Below, piece after piece: positions 48,830 through 58,858 of a DNA stretch of 64,000 nucleotides. The DNA comes from Nitrospirota bacterium (GTDB lineage Bacteria; Nitrospirota; Nitrospiria; Nitrospirales; NS-4): positions 32,001 through 96,000 of the forward strand of contig CAWBGA010000004.1 of the NCBI GenBank assembly GCA_963788195.1, read 5' to 3'. Position 1 is the first letter of the stretch, and each line of letters begins with the position of its first letter. The notes under the pieces were generated by a model. It ran no database searches. It worked only from the letters and a program-made list of their open reading frames with translations, and was not told where the DNA came from. The position numbers and the translations under genes were made by a program.

Positions 48830-50104
48830 ATGCTGAGTACGGCAACGGATATCAAGACGCCGGTACCGAAAAGAGTCTGGAGGGTCTTGCCTCCTGTAGG
48901 GGGAACCATTCCGCTTAGAGTCGTCTTCGATGCCCTGCTCGGCAGCGTCACTGCTAAGGAGCCGGCACGGCCGACTTTGGCCGAGCTCTTGGTCAAACGC
49001 ACCGACGTCCCGCATTGGATATTCACCAACTCCGGCCGGTCGGCAATTAGCGTTGTGTTGATGACGCTAAAAGAGTTGCATCCGGACCGGGATGAGGTCG
49101 TGATTCCCGCTTATACGTCTTACTCGGTTGCTGCTGCGGTCGTTCGAGCGGGATTGCGTGTGCAGTTGTGTGATGTGGAGCTCGCGACCTTAGGCATGTG
49201 CCCGAAAGCCCTGGAGCGACTGTTTACACCCAAAACGCTCTGTGTGATTCCTCATCATTTGTACGGTGTGCCGTGTCAGATTAAGGCCATATGTGAGATA
49301 GCGCGTGAATATGGAATCCCAATCGTTGAAGACGCGGCCCAGGCGATGGGATGCTCCTATATGGAGGCTCCATTGGGGTCCTTTGGTGAAGCAAACATCT
49401 TCAGCCTAAGCCGGGGGAAAAGTCTTCCCGCCGCGGGCGGGGGGTTAATCGGCACCCGTGATGAGATGTTCACCGAAGGGTGTCGGCGGATACTGCGGCG
49501 TGCGGGGGCGCCAAGAGAAACGGCCCGGAATGTCGGCGTAGGGTCAGCTATCGAGGCAGCCCTGAGGGGAATGTTTATGCGTCCCTCACTCTACTGGGTT
49601 CCTGCGTCGCTTCCCTTTCTGGGATTAGGCCAATCAACCTATGATCCGAATTTTGAGATTCGCCCGATGTCCAAATTCCAGGAGCAATTGGCAGCAAGGC
49701 TGCTTCCCGCTCTGGACCGCCTTGTGGCTATCCGTCAGAGAAATGCGGCACGACTGCGCAGGGCCCTCGGTGATGTGCCGGGTCTGTCCATCATCTCACC
49801 CGCCATCGATCAAGAAAAAAATGTTTGCCTCCGCTTGCCGATCCTTGTGGAGGATTCGGTACGACGAAACCAGCTGTTGGAGGAGCTGGAACGGCAAGGA
49901 CTGGGGGCGACGTGCGGGTACCCGTCGCCTTTATCCGATCTTTCAGAGCTACGATCGAAACTCACAGGATCGGCAGTGCAGTTTCCCGTTGCTCGGCAAA
50001 TCAGCCAACAGCTTATTACGTTGCCAACTCATCCCGATGTTACTGAATGCGATATGGACCGAATGGTTGAGGTACTTCGCCGATGTATCCAGACGCGACT
50101 CTAA
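48830..50104 (+). CDS. DegT/DnrJ/EryC1/StrS family PLP-dependent aminotransferase
   Basis: SGRSA, EVVIPAYT, HLYG.P, VEDAAQAMG, G.FG...FSLSRGK.L...GGG, LITLPTHP. Confidence 0.85.
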   Translation: MLSTATDIKTPVPKRVWRVLPPVGGTIPLRVVFDALLGSVTAKEPARPTLAELLVKRTDVPHWIFTNSGRSAISVVLMTLKELHPDRDEVVIPAYTSYSVAAAVVRAGLRVQLCDVELATLGMCPKALERLFTPKTLCVIPHHLYGVPCQIKAICEIAREYGIPIVEDAAQAMGCSYMEAPLGSFGEANIFSLSRGKSLPAAGGGLIGTRDEMFTEGCRRILRRAGAPRETARNVGVGSAIEAALRGMFMRPSLYWVPASLPFLGLGQSTYDPNFEIRPMSKFQEQLAARLLPALDRLVAIRQRNAARLRRALGDVPGLSIISPAIDQEKNVCLRLPILVEDSVRRNQLLEELERQGLGATCGYPSPLSDLSELRSKLTGSAVQFPVARQISQQLITLPTHPDVTECDMDRMVEVLRRCIQTRL

Positions 50105-51489
50105 AGCGCACCATTCCGATGTTGGAAAAACCCGCCCCCTTCCGATGGGGCCTGGGATTTCTGCTTTTATTCACCCTGGTGGTCGTCGGCAGAATCCACG
50201 AAATCTTTCCCGCAGTGGCTTCACTGCGAGTCGGTTTAATAACAGGCGGACTTGCGGCACTTGCCTGGATACTCGCCCCGGGCTCCTTCCAGGAGAAGGT
50301 GCCGACGAGGCTTCGCCCGGTGCGCTATTTGCTCATCCTGACGGCTCTCGCCGTATGCACCATTCCAATAGGCGTTTATCCGCGGCAGAGCTTCGATTTT
50401 CTTACGGACAAATATTCAAAAATCGTACTCATGTTTCTGCTCGTGATCTACTGGTGTCGGTCCATCCAAGACGTGCGGCGGATGATGTGGGTGTGCTGTC
50501 TCGGGGCTGTTGCCCTCGTCGTGGCCGGTATGCTGACGGGCCAGCTGAACAGTGACCAACTCGTCAGTGACCAACTCGTCAGCGGTGACAAACTCGTCGC
50601 CGACCGTTTTTCCGCGGGTTCGAAATCATACGATCCCAACGACCTGGCATTACTGCTGATCATGCTGCTTCCGTTCCTGTTCTATTTGTTTTCTACCTCT
50701 CGTGGGGTGCTATCTATTGTTGTGTTGGGGTTCGCGATGGTGTGTCTCTACGGCATCGTACTGACCCAGTCACGCGCTGGTCTTCTCACCTTGCTTTCCG
50801 TTGGTGCGCTGACAATGTGGCGGAGCACTTTGAGTGGAAAGAGCAAAGTCATGATCGTTCTCATTGCAGCGCTTGTGTTCGGCGTGTTGGCAGGAAGTAC
50901 CTACTGGGAACGAATGGGAACAATTTGGAATCCCCGAGACGAAGTTGACTCGACGGCAGCCGGACGAACCGATGTCTGGAAAACAGGCCTCATCATCATG
51001 GCGACTCACCCATTAGGGGTAGGTATCAGCGGTTTTGAAACCGCGGAAGGCTTATCCCACGGAGGGTTCGGTAAGTGGAGTGCCGCGCATAACTCCTTTC
51101 TGCAGATCGGGGTCGAATTGGGCGTGCCGGGCCTGATTGTATTCTTGTTATGGATTACGCACACGATTAAAGCCCTCAGGCGCATCCAGAAAAGGCCGCC
51201 AATGCCCGTCACGGCCTTGAAAATACAGAAGGAGCCCGGTCGAGCTTTAAATCCTCTCGCTCCGCTGGCTGCAGCCCTGGAAATTAGCTTATGCGGATTC
51301 GTTGTGGGTGGCTTTTTTCTCTCCGCCGCCTACGGTGGGCTGTTGTATGTTCTTCTCGCGTTGAGCCTAGCCTGTAGCCGCCTTGCCGCAGACCCCGAGC
51401 TGTCCCAACCTGAACAAGTCCCGAAGTTGTGGAAAGCCTTTCCGCAGAGGAAACCATTGCTGGGTGAGGGAGGGGGAATCAACAAGTGA
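50083..51489 (+). CDS. O-antigen ligase/Wzy_C family membrane protein
   Basis: Multiple TM segments, YDPNDLA, TQSRAG, GR..VW..G......HPLGVG..GF, AHNSFLQIGVELG.PG. Confidence 0.88.
   Translation: MYPDATLKRTIPMLEKPAPFRWGLGFLLLFTLVVVGRIHEIFPAVASLRVGLITGGLAALAWILAPGSFQEKVPTRLRPVRYLLILTALAVCTIPIGVYPRQSFDFLTDKYSKIVLMFLLVIYWCRSIQDVRRMMWVCCLGAVALVVAGMLTGQLNSDQLVSDQLVSGDKLVADRFSAGSKSYDPNDLALLLIMLLPFLFYLFSTSRGVLSIVVLGFAMVCLYGIVLTQSRAGLLTLLSVGALTMWRSTLSGKSKVMIVLIAALVFGVLAGSTYWERMGTIWNPRDEVDSTAAGRTDVWKTGLIIMATHPLGVGISGFETAEGLSHGGFGKWSAAHNSFLQIGVELGVPGLIVFLLWITHTIKALRRIQKRPPMPVTALKIQKEPGRALNPLAPLAAALEISLCGFVVGGFFLSAAYGGLLYVLLALSLACSRLAADPELSQPEQVPKLWKAFPQRKPLLGEGGGINK
50551..50598 (+). repeat. In-frame tandem repeat (15 bp x2 plus a degenerate third unit)
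   Basis: AGTGACCAACTCGTC AGTGACCAACTCGTC AGCGGTGACAAACTCGTC = SDQLV SDQLV SGDKLV. Confidence 0.9.
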
Positions 51490-51496
51490 TCAGGAT

Positions 51497-52522
51497 ATGT
51501 TAGAGCTGCGCGAACTCCCCTCACGAAAGGAGGCGGAATGGGACAGCATTGTTTTCGCTTCTCCCAGAGGTCTGCTGTTTCACTTGATCGACTGGCTTGA
51601 GATCGTTCGGCAAAGCCAACGCCTTCAGTTGCGTCGCCTCGGCATTTTTGACGGCAGTGAACTGATCGGCATCTTCCCTCTGTTTCTCAAGTGCTTTGGT
51701 CCATTGACGGTGGCGGGATCTCCGTTTGTGGTTGAAGACACGCACTACCTAGGGCCTGTGGTGGCGGATGAATGCGTTCCCGAGGTCATGAGGCTCTTTG
51801 CAGAGTACATGCAGGCCCAGCGGATAAACTACGCCCGCATTATTTTTCACCACGACTTCGCAAGAGAATCCTTTGCGTCCTTAGGTTACGAGTGTGTTGA
51901 TAACCTCTCGCACGTGGTGGATCTGAAGCATGACCAGGACACTCTCTGGAAACGGGTGAAACCTCCTTGCCAACGACAGATCCGCAAGGCGGCTCGTGCA
52001 GGAGTCACGACGGAAGTGATCCGGGACGGACGGTACCTCGAATCTTATTATGGTCTCGTTCTGAGTCTCTATGCCCAGCAAAAAAGGACGCCACCCAGTC
52101 CGGTCGAGTTCTTCCATGCTATTTGGGCGCGGTTTGGGACGAAGGGTGATCTGGTATGGGTCGTGGCGAAGCACGAGGGAACTCTCGCGGCCGGCGCGCT
52201 TCTCGCCTTATGGCGCGGGTCCGTGTTCTATCTTGACGGGGCCTCTGATAAATCCAAAGTCGGCTTAGGCGTCAATAACGCCTTGCATTGGGCCGCGATC
52301 CAGTGGGCTAAATCCGAAGGGTATTCCGTTTACGATTTTACAGGATCAAATGTGCCGCGGTTTTTTCAATTCAAGAGCAGCTTCGGCGGCGACCTGACCA
52401 GATATCTGACCCTTGAGCTCGCACGACCGGGGTATCTACGTCTGGCACGTCGTCACTATGCCACATACAAAAGCCTGGTGCAGCGGGTAAAACATCTGCG
52501 ACAAGGAATAAAACGTGGTTAG
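51497..52522 (+). CDS. GNAT/FemAB-like acyltransferase
   Basis: EWD.IV..SP.G.LFH..DWL; RQIRKAARAGV; L.WAAIQWA...G...YDF.G.N....QFK.SFGG.L. Confidence 0.82.
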   Translation: MLELRELPSRKEAEWDSIVFASPRGLLFHLIDWLEIVRQSQRLQLRRLGIFDGSELIGIFPLFLKCFGPLTVAGSPFVVEDTHYLGPVVADECVPEVMRLFAEYMQAQRINYARIIFHHDFARESFASLGYECVDNLSHVVDLKHDQDTLWKRVKPPCQRQIRKAARAGVTTEVIRDGRYLESYYGLVLSLYAQQKRTPPSPVEFFHAIWARFGTKGDLVWVVAKHEGTLAAGALLALWRGSVFYLDGASDKSKVGLGVNNALHWAAIQWAKSEGYSVYDFTGSNVPRFFQFKSSFGGDLTRYLTLELARPGYLRLARRHYATYKSLVQRVKHLRQGIKRG

Positions 52523-53315
52523 TTTTGGACGGGAACAGGCGCTGCTTGAACCCAGCGGTCTTCGACGATGGACGTTACGCCTAATCGGCAACCCCCATGC
52601 AGGCGCGCGCTTGCGTCTGCGCTCGCTGCTCCAGGCTATTCAGTATCTGGAGGCAGAGCATGGGCTGAAGATGGCAAGGGCACAAATCTTGGACGCGGGT
52701 TCCGGGAAGGCCGAGTACAGTTTCTTCATGGCACACCGTTATCCTTTGGCCCGCGTCACGGGGCAAGAACTCGAGGCAGCAAAAGTCAGTCGCGCGAATG
52801 CCACAGCCCGAGCTCTGGGTCTGCAAACGCTACGTTTTAGAGAAGGAGACTTGCTCTCCCTCTCGACGCTCGAAGAGTTCGATTTGGTTATTTGCTTGGA
52901 CGTGCTCGAGCACATTCAGGACGATCAGGCTGCAATCGAAGCGCTTTACCATGCTTTGAAACCAAGGGGGTTTCTCATCCTTCACGTTCCAAACCTCATC
53001 CGGCCCCATTTCCACATTGAGGAACCGGGTCATGTCCGGGATGGGTATGACAATGAACAGATGAGGCTGAACCTCAAGCGTGCCGGCTTTGAAGTGCTCC
53101 AGATTCGCAACCCCATCGGGCCCTGTGGGCGCTGGGCGGATGATCTATGCGAAGTACTGACCGATCGTCCGATTCTGCGAGGTCTTGGAATCCCCCTCTA
53201 TGCCGCCCTTGTATGGATGGACCGCTTCGGAAGCCGGACTCGACAGTCCTCCTCGAATGCCGGGCTTCTGGCAATCGCACAGAAACTCGACAGAGTCCCA
53301 CCGCAGCGTGACTAA
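52515..53315 (+). CDS. Class I SAM-dependent methyltransferase
   Basis: ILDAGSGKA, FDLVICLDVLEHIQDD, LKP.G.LILHVP, GHVRDGY. Confidence 0.88.
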   Translation: MVSFGREQALLEPSGLRRWTLRLIGNPHAGARLRLRSLLQAIQYLEAEHGLKMARAQILDAGSGKAEYSFFMAHRYPLARVTGQELEAAKVSRANATARALGLQTLRFREGDLLSLSTLEEFDLVICLDVLEHIQDDQAAIEALYHALKPRGFLILHVPNLIRPHFHIEEPGHVRDGYDNEQMRLNLKRAGFEVLQIRNPIGPCGRWADDLCEVLTDRPILRGLGIPLYAALVWMDRFGSRTRQSSSNAGLLAIAQKLDRVPPQRD

Positions 53316-53402
53316 GACACCGCAAGACCCTTTTCTCCGAAGCAAAGGGAATTTTGGTCTAGATAGTCGGCTCGTGCGCACGAGTACTTTGCAACGTTGA
53401 AT

Positions 53403-54134
53403 ATGTTAGCGCTTCTCAGAGGGTCGGGGTTCAAATTCAAAAGAGCGTTGAGTCAACGTGGCTTTTGGGGAACTCTCAGACGGGGCACAGCCTATCTTGT
53501 TTGGGAGTACACCGTTGAACGTCGCCGTCGCAGATACCGGGAAGCAGAGATGGCGGAATTTGACCGTAGATTTGCCGTGAACACCTCCGGCAAGGTTGAT
53601 CTGCAGGATCTGAACATTAACAGCCCGAATCTGAGTTATGGTGTGTCCTATGAGTCTACGCCCCCGGAGATATTCAAGCGCATGGTCGACAGTCTTCCGA
53701 TAAAACACGAGGAGTTTAGCTTTGTGGATGTTGGTTCCGGCAAGGGAAAGGTGCTTTTAATGGCATCGGAACTTCCGTTCAAGAAGATTATTGGCATTGA
53801 ATTCTCGTCTGAGCTACATCGAATCGCCCAACAGAACGTGTCCGCTTATCAAAGTCCAAATCAAAGGTGTAAGACTTTTGAATGTATATGTGTCGATGCG
53901 TCAGAGTGCCCAATCCCATCAGACCCACTTGTTTTCTTTTTTTACCATCCCTTTGATGACAAGGTTATGAGGAGAGTATTAACAAACATTGAAAGTTCTT
54001 TAAAAGATCATCCGAGAAGGATGTTTATTCTTTATTACAACCCCGTGTGTGATTATCTGCTTGATAGCACGACACTCTGGAAGAAGATCAAAGCTACGGT
54101 CAACTACGCCATCTATATGACGGGAGATGCATGA
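53403..54134 (+). CDS. Class I SAM-dependent methyltransferase
   Basis: FD..F.V.T.G, YE.TP, FVDVGSGKGKVLLMA, IGIEFS.EL, FFYHPF. Confidence 0.85.
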   Translation: MLALLRGSGFKFKRALSQRGFWGTLRRGTAYLVWEYTVERRRRRYREAEMAEFDRRFAVNTSGKVDLQDLNINSPNLSYGVSYESTPPEIFKRMVDSLPIKHEEFSFVDVGSGKGKVLLMASELPFKKIIGIEFSSELHRIAQQNVSAYQSPNQRCKTFECICVDASECPIPSDPLVFFFYHPFDDKVMRRVLTNIESSLKDHPRRMFILYYNPVCDYLLDSTTLWKKIKATVNYAIYMTGDA

Positions 54135-55476
54135 AGATGAAACGAGGCGAATCATGAGTTGGAGAGCTACGACCGTACGCCTTACCTGTCGGGTATCCGG
54201 GCATTCGCGCTATCGCTTCGACCAACACTTGCAAGCGAATGAAGGGCTCACGCCGGAGGCGATCGAACAGATACAGCTGGATAAGCTCAAGGCGCTCGTG
54301 GGCCACGCCTATGCGACGGTGCCTTACTATCGGGAGCTGTTTGACCAACAAAAAATCAGGCCTGAGGACATTCGGAGCCTGAAGGATTACTCCGCCCTTC
54401 CTATATTGACGAAGGCCATGGTTCGCAGCCATGGCATTGACCCATTCCGCTCGACAAGCTTTCTGCCTTCCCAATTAGTAGAGGTGGCAACCAGTGGCTC
54501 GACAGGGGAGCCGTTTCGCTTTCTGAGACAACGTGAATACGAGGAGTGGCGCATGGCGGGTTGGTGGCGTGCCTGGCGCTGGGGTGGCTGGACTGCAGGC
54601 GATAAGATAGCCTGGTTTTGGCGGGAGTATTGGCCTCAGAATAAGATAAAGCAATTGGAGAAGCGGCTAAACTGGTGGCTAACGGGGAGACACTGGTTCA
54701 ATGTTTTAGACATGTCTGAAACCACCATGGATCGGTGGATTGACGAATTTCGACGGTTTAAACCAAGCTTTGTTCACGCATATCCCTCCGCAATTATGCG
54801 TTTTTCAAGTCACCTGGATGCCAGGGGGATTATTCTGGACGGAGTAAAGGCCGTATTTACGAGCGGTGAAATGCTGCTGCCAAATCAGAGAAACCTCATT
54901 CAACGGACTTTCCAGGCGGAGGTCCACAACATGTATGGGAGCAGTGAAGTCTACCCCATTGCCGCGGAATGCCGGCAGGGGGCGTTCCACCTCAGCACCG
55001 ATCTGATTGTGCCGGAGCTTGAAGAGGACCCGCAAGGAAGTGGTCTTAAACGGATCATTGCGACACCCCTTCTGGCCTATGGTATGCCGTTCTTGCGGTA
55101 CGAAGTCGGTGATTTGGCGTCGGCGATTACTCGCGATTGTTCCTGCGGTCTTCCTTTCCCTGTACTGAAAGGCCTGATTGGGCGTGCGGCCGATCTCTTC
55201 CCCTTACCGAACGGCCGTATGGTTCATGGACAGGTCCTTATTGCCTATCTCAACGCAGTACGCGGTGTGGAGAGGTTTCAGTTTAGGCAGAGGCAATTGG
55301 GTTTATTGAATCTCAACATCATCAAGGGCGCTGGATTTAGCTCGCAAGCAATTGAGACCGTCCAAAAGCAAATACAACAGGATCTCAACGTACGCGTTGA
55401 GATTGGCTATGTCACGGACATTCCACTCACAAGTCAGGGCAAATTTCGGTATGCGGTGTCTGAGCTGGACAATTGA
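54127..55476 (+). CDS. Phenylacetate-CoA ligase/CapK family adenylate-forming enzyme
   Basis: HAY.TVPYYR, LPILTK, TSGSTGEP, AYPS, SGEML, YGSSE, MPFLRYEVGD, GR..D, GKFR. Confidence 0.88.
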   Translation: MHEDETRRIMSWRATTVRLTCRVSGHSRYRFDQHLQANEGLTPEAIEQIQLDKLKALVGHAYATVPYYRELFDQQKIRPEDIRSLKDYSALPILTKAMVRSHGIDPFRSTSFLPSQLVEVATSGSTGEPFRFLRQREYEEWRMAGWWRAWRWGGWTAGDKIAWFWREYWPQNKIKQLEKRLNWWLTGRHWFNVLDMSETTMDRWIDEFRRFKPSFVHAYPSAIMRFSSHLDARGIILDGVKAVFTSGEMLLPNQRNLIQRTFQAEVHNMYGSSEVYPIAAECRQGAFHLSTDLIVPELEEDPQGSGLKRIIATPLLAYGMPFLRYEVGDLASAITRDCSCGLPFPVLKGLIGRAADLFPLPNGRMVHGQVLIAYLNAVRGVERFQFRQRQLGLLNLNIIKGAGFSSQAIETVQKQIQQDLNVRVEIGYVTDIPLTSQGKFRYAVSELDN

Positions 55477-55477
55477 A

Positions 55478-56518
55478 GTGAATTACACTCGGCAGGCAAG
55501 ACATACGCTCAAGTGGTTGCTGTGTGAGGTGCTGAACCTATTGGGCGTCATTGCTCTTCTAGAGGCAACACGAAAAGACGGCATACGAATTCTTGTGTAT
55601 CACCGGGTGGGCTCTCATCGTGTTGACGATGGAATGACGGTCTCGCAGATAGTGTTTGATGCTCAGCTCCGGTACCTCGGAAAGCATTACACAGTAGTCC
55701 CGTTGGATGAGGTCGCTGCCATACTCAAAGAAGAACGTCCGATCCGAAGCGGACTCATCGCCCTCACGCTAGATGACGGTTACCGTGACAATTACACGCG
55801 GGCTTGGCCGATTCTTGCCCGATACAGTATGCCGGCCACTATTTTTGTCACGGTGGGCCCGCTGGACGGAGAAGGCTCCCTTTGGACAGAAGAGATTCAG
55901 GAGGCTCTGTGGGCATCATCGGGTCAGGCCTTGGACCTTCACTCTATGGGCTGGGGGTCATGGCCCTTGAAAACCGATGCGGAGAGACTGACCTGCCTTC
56001 ACGCAGTCAAGCAGCGGCTCAAAGTCTTGCCGGATGCCGAGCGACAAAGAACGCTGCGGGAAATTATTCAAAGGTTGGGTTCCCGGGGGCAGACAGCTGT
56101 TCAGGAGCGGATGCTGACGTGGGATATGATGCGGGAGATGTCGAAAAGGGGCATTACCATTGGGGCGCACACCGTGTCTCATAAAATTTTGACGCAGATC
56201 GCGCCTCAAGAGGTTGACTGGGAGATCAGAGAGTCTAAGCATCGGATTGAACAGCAATTGGGAGAACCGGTCCGGCACTTCGCATATCCCAATGGGACTT
56301 CCTCTGACTGGAATGCCGACATTCAGAAAATGGTGAAACAGACGGGGTTTGAGACAGCGTGCACCACTGTCCGCGGGACCAATTCAGCCGGGCATGATCT
56401 TTATGCCTTGCGCCGCCTCGACATTACCGATGCGGGCTGTACAGACGCCCGAGGTCGGTTCTCTCCGGCCATGTTCGCCGCGCAATTGGCAGGCCTTTTT
56501 GGTCGTTGGGAGAAGTAG
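55478..56518 (+). CDS. Polysaccharide deacetylase (NodB/CE4)
   Basis: ILVYHRV, LTLDDGYRDNY, PATIFV, LTWD, IGAHTVSH, HFAYPNG. Confidence 0.92.
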   Translation: MNYTRQARHTLKWLLCEVLNLLGVIALLEATRKDGIRILVYHRVGSHRVDDGMTVSQIVFDAQLRYLGKHYTVVPLDEVAAILKEERPIRSGLIALTLDDGYRDNYTRAWPILARYSMPATIFVTVGPLDGEGSLWTEEIQEALWASSGQALDLHSMGWGSWPLKTDAERLTCLHAVKQRLKVLPDAERQRTLREIIQRLGSRGQTAVQERMLTWDMMREMSKRGITIGAHTVSHKILTQIAPQEVDWEIRESKHRIEQQLGEPVRHFAYPNGTSSDWNADIQKMVKQTGFETACTTVRGTNSAGHDLYALRRLDITDAGCTDARGRFSPAMFAAQLAGLFGRWEK

Positions 56519-56521
56519 GCG

Positions 56522-58858
56522 TTGTCACTCTTTGTGGACATAGTCAAGAGCATGGACCAGGTAGAACGCTTACGGGGGCAATGGGACAGTCTGCTCGAGC
56601 GCGTACCCCAGGCTCCGATCTTCCTGACGCCTGAATGGATGCTCGGCTGGTGGGAGATCTATGGCGCAGGCGCGGCGTTGTTTCTCATAGCGGTGCATCA
56701 CGAAGATCGTCTCATCGGACTGCTTCCGTGCTATATCAGCGGCCCGGCACTTCGGAAGTCCGATCCGTTCCCCCATCAATTGCGCCTCCTGGGTTCCACG
56801 GCTGTCTGTTCTGACCATCTTGATGGCCTAGCGGAGCCGGGCATGGAGGGGCCGGTCACGGCTGCATGGCAACAAGCAATCAAGGAACATCAGAGTGCCT
56901 GGGAGTCCGTGGAGTTCGCGGATCTGGATCAGGAAGGCTTGCTGTATCAAGCCATCAAGCGAGAGCCGAAGGCCTGGGGACAGGGCCTTTCCTGGTCGGA
57001 GCGGTCGGGAGATATCTGTCCGTATATCACGCTTCCTGGCTCATGGACGGAATATCTTTCAAGCCTGAGCCCGAAGACACGGCGGGAGATTCGTCATGAT
57101 CGCCGGGCCCTGGACAAAGTAGGCAGCGTGACTGTCCGTGCAGTGACGGAACCCGACGAAGTCGAAGCGGCGATGGCTGTCTTCATAGGCCTGCATCAGT
57201 TGAGACGTGAACACCTAGGGGATCAAGGCAGCTTTGCCGACGCAGCCTACGAACGCTTTCATCTCATCGTGAGCCGTGGGATGGCCGAGCGAGGCAGGTT
57301 GCGTCTGTGGTTCCTGAATGTGGACGGGAATCCCGCCGCCGCGCGCTATCAGTTTGCCTATCGCGGTCGAGTCCATGATTACCTTCCGGGCCATGACCCC
57401 AAATGGCACAAGTTCAGCGTTGGACTTGTTCTGCTGAGTCATTGTGTTGAATACGCAATTCTGAATAAGGACCAGCAAATAGATCTTTTGCGAGGCGCTG
57501 AGGGATATAAATTGCGATGGGCCGCATATTCCCGCCAGCAAGTCACTCTGACCGCCACGCGACCGATGACCCGGGCCCGCATGGCCGTCAAATCAGCGCA
57601 GGCCTCGCGTCATGTTCGGAGCGTTGCCAAGCAGATTCTCCCGGCCCCCCTCACGCAGAAGATCAGAAAGCTCATGCATACAGCCTCTGGAGTCAAGGGA
57701 CGTTCAATGGAAAGAAAATACGTTCCATTCTTTCCGTCGACATCTTTTAGGCACCTGTGGGGGTCGACGTGGACAAAGCGCAAGCCATTTCCATTGGAGG
57801 AAGCCCGCACCGCTTACTATTATTTTGCTCGGAACGGGATTTGGCACGCCATTGATTTGCTGGACCTTACCCCAGACGATGAAGTGTTGATGCCGGCTTA
57901 TAACAATGGGATGGACGTGGCACCTTTTCAACTCAGACGGATCCCGCTTCGCTTTGTGCATGTCGATCGACAAATGATGCTGGATATAAAGGACCTGAAA
58001 GCAAAGATCACTTCACGGACTCGAATGATTTATGTCATTCACTACCTAGGCTTCGCCCAGCCTATGGACGAAATCAAGGAACTGTGTCGAAAACATGATC
58101 TGCTTCTATTTGAGGATTGCGCGTTGGCCTTCGGGAGCTCGTATAACGGGCAGCCGCTGGGTTCCTTTGGGGATGCGGCGATCTTTTGCTTGGCTAAGTT
58201 CCTGCCGGTACCCAATGGCGGCGCATTGATCCTAAACAATCCCACCTTGAGAATGCCTCCTCCGACGATACCACCCTCCAGCTACTCTGTGACGAGCCAA
58301 TTGTCGACAAAGATGTTGGATCACTTTGAGGCGCACGGTGGGCCATGGGCCGGGAACGCGCGGCATCTTATTACCCGCACGGCGCAACGATTCGTACGTC
58401 AGGCGAAGCTCGAGCGTGTGGATTCCGGAGTGATGCAGTTCTTGCCGGATAAAGTGGATTGGGGAATCGCTTCCGTCTCCAAGAGAATTTTGGAGCGTGT
58501 GGACTATGATGGCGTGTATCACAAACGACGGGAGAATTACCTTACTCTGTTGGACAGCGTGAGAGGAATCCCTGGGGTCACGCCGCTCCAACCATCCTTG
58601 CCGGATGGCGTTTCTCCGCTATTTCTACCCGTCTTGGTAGAGGATAACCAAAAAGTCTGCAACGCTCTTATCCAACGGGGGGTCTGCGCTGGTGGGTTTT
58701 GGAATTGGGCACCGCCGGGCGTACCGACCGAGGAGTTTCCTGACACTGTTTTTCTGCGTAAGCATGTGTTGGAGTTGCAAGTGCACCAGGACCTGGGAGT
58801 TGAACATCTTCAGGCCACGGCCAATCACCTCCGTGCAGTCATGGCGGACGTTGTATGA
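56522..58858 (+). CDS. GNAT (CelD/BcsL-like) acyltransferase in frame with a DegT-family aminotransferase
   Basis: N-half IFLTPEW..GWW, SDHLD, CPYITLP.SW.EYL, SVG..LL, DLLRG.E.YK.RW; C-half ARNGI, EVLMPAY, IHYLGF.Q, EDCA, LGSFGD..IF.L.KFLPVPNGG. Confidence 0.85.
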   Translation: MSLFVDIVKSMDQVERLRGQWDSLLERVPQAPIFLTPEWMLGWWEIYGAGAALFLIAVHHEDRLIGLLPCYISGPALRKSDPFPHQLRLLGSTAVCSDHLDGLAEPGMEGPVTAAWQQAIKEHQSAWESVEFADLDQEGLLYQAIKREPKAWGQGLSWSERSGDICPYITLPGSWTEYLSSLSPKTRREIRHDRRALDKVGSVTVRAVTEPDEVEAAMAVFIGLHQLRREHLGDQGSFADAAYERFHLIVSRGMAERGRLRLWFLNVDGNPAAARYQFAYRGRVHDYLPGHDPKWHKFSVGLVLLSHCVEYAILNKDQQIDLLRGAEGYKLRWAAYSRQQVTLTATRPMTRARMAVKSAQASRHVRSVAKQILPAPLTQKIRKLMHTASGVKGRSMERKYVPFFPSTSFRHLWGSTWTKRKPFPLEEARTAYYYFARNGIWHAIDLLDLTPDDEVLMPAYNNGMDVAPFQLRRIPLRFVHVDRQMMLDIKDLKAKITSRTRMIYVIHYLGFAQPMDEIKELCRKHDLLLFEDCALAFGSSYNGQPLGSFGDAAIFCLAKFLPVPNGGALILNNPTLRMPPPTIPPSSYSVTSQLSTKMLDHFEAHGGPWAGNARHLITRTAQRFVRQAKLERVDSGVMQFLPDKVDWGIASVSKRILERVDYDGVYHKRRENYLTLLDSVRGIPGVTPLQPSLPDGVSPLFLPVLVEDNQKVCNALIQRGVCAGGFWNWAPPGVPTEEFPDTVFLRKHVLELQVHQDLGVEHLQATANHLRAVMADVV

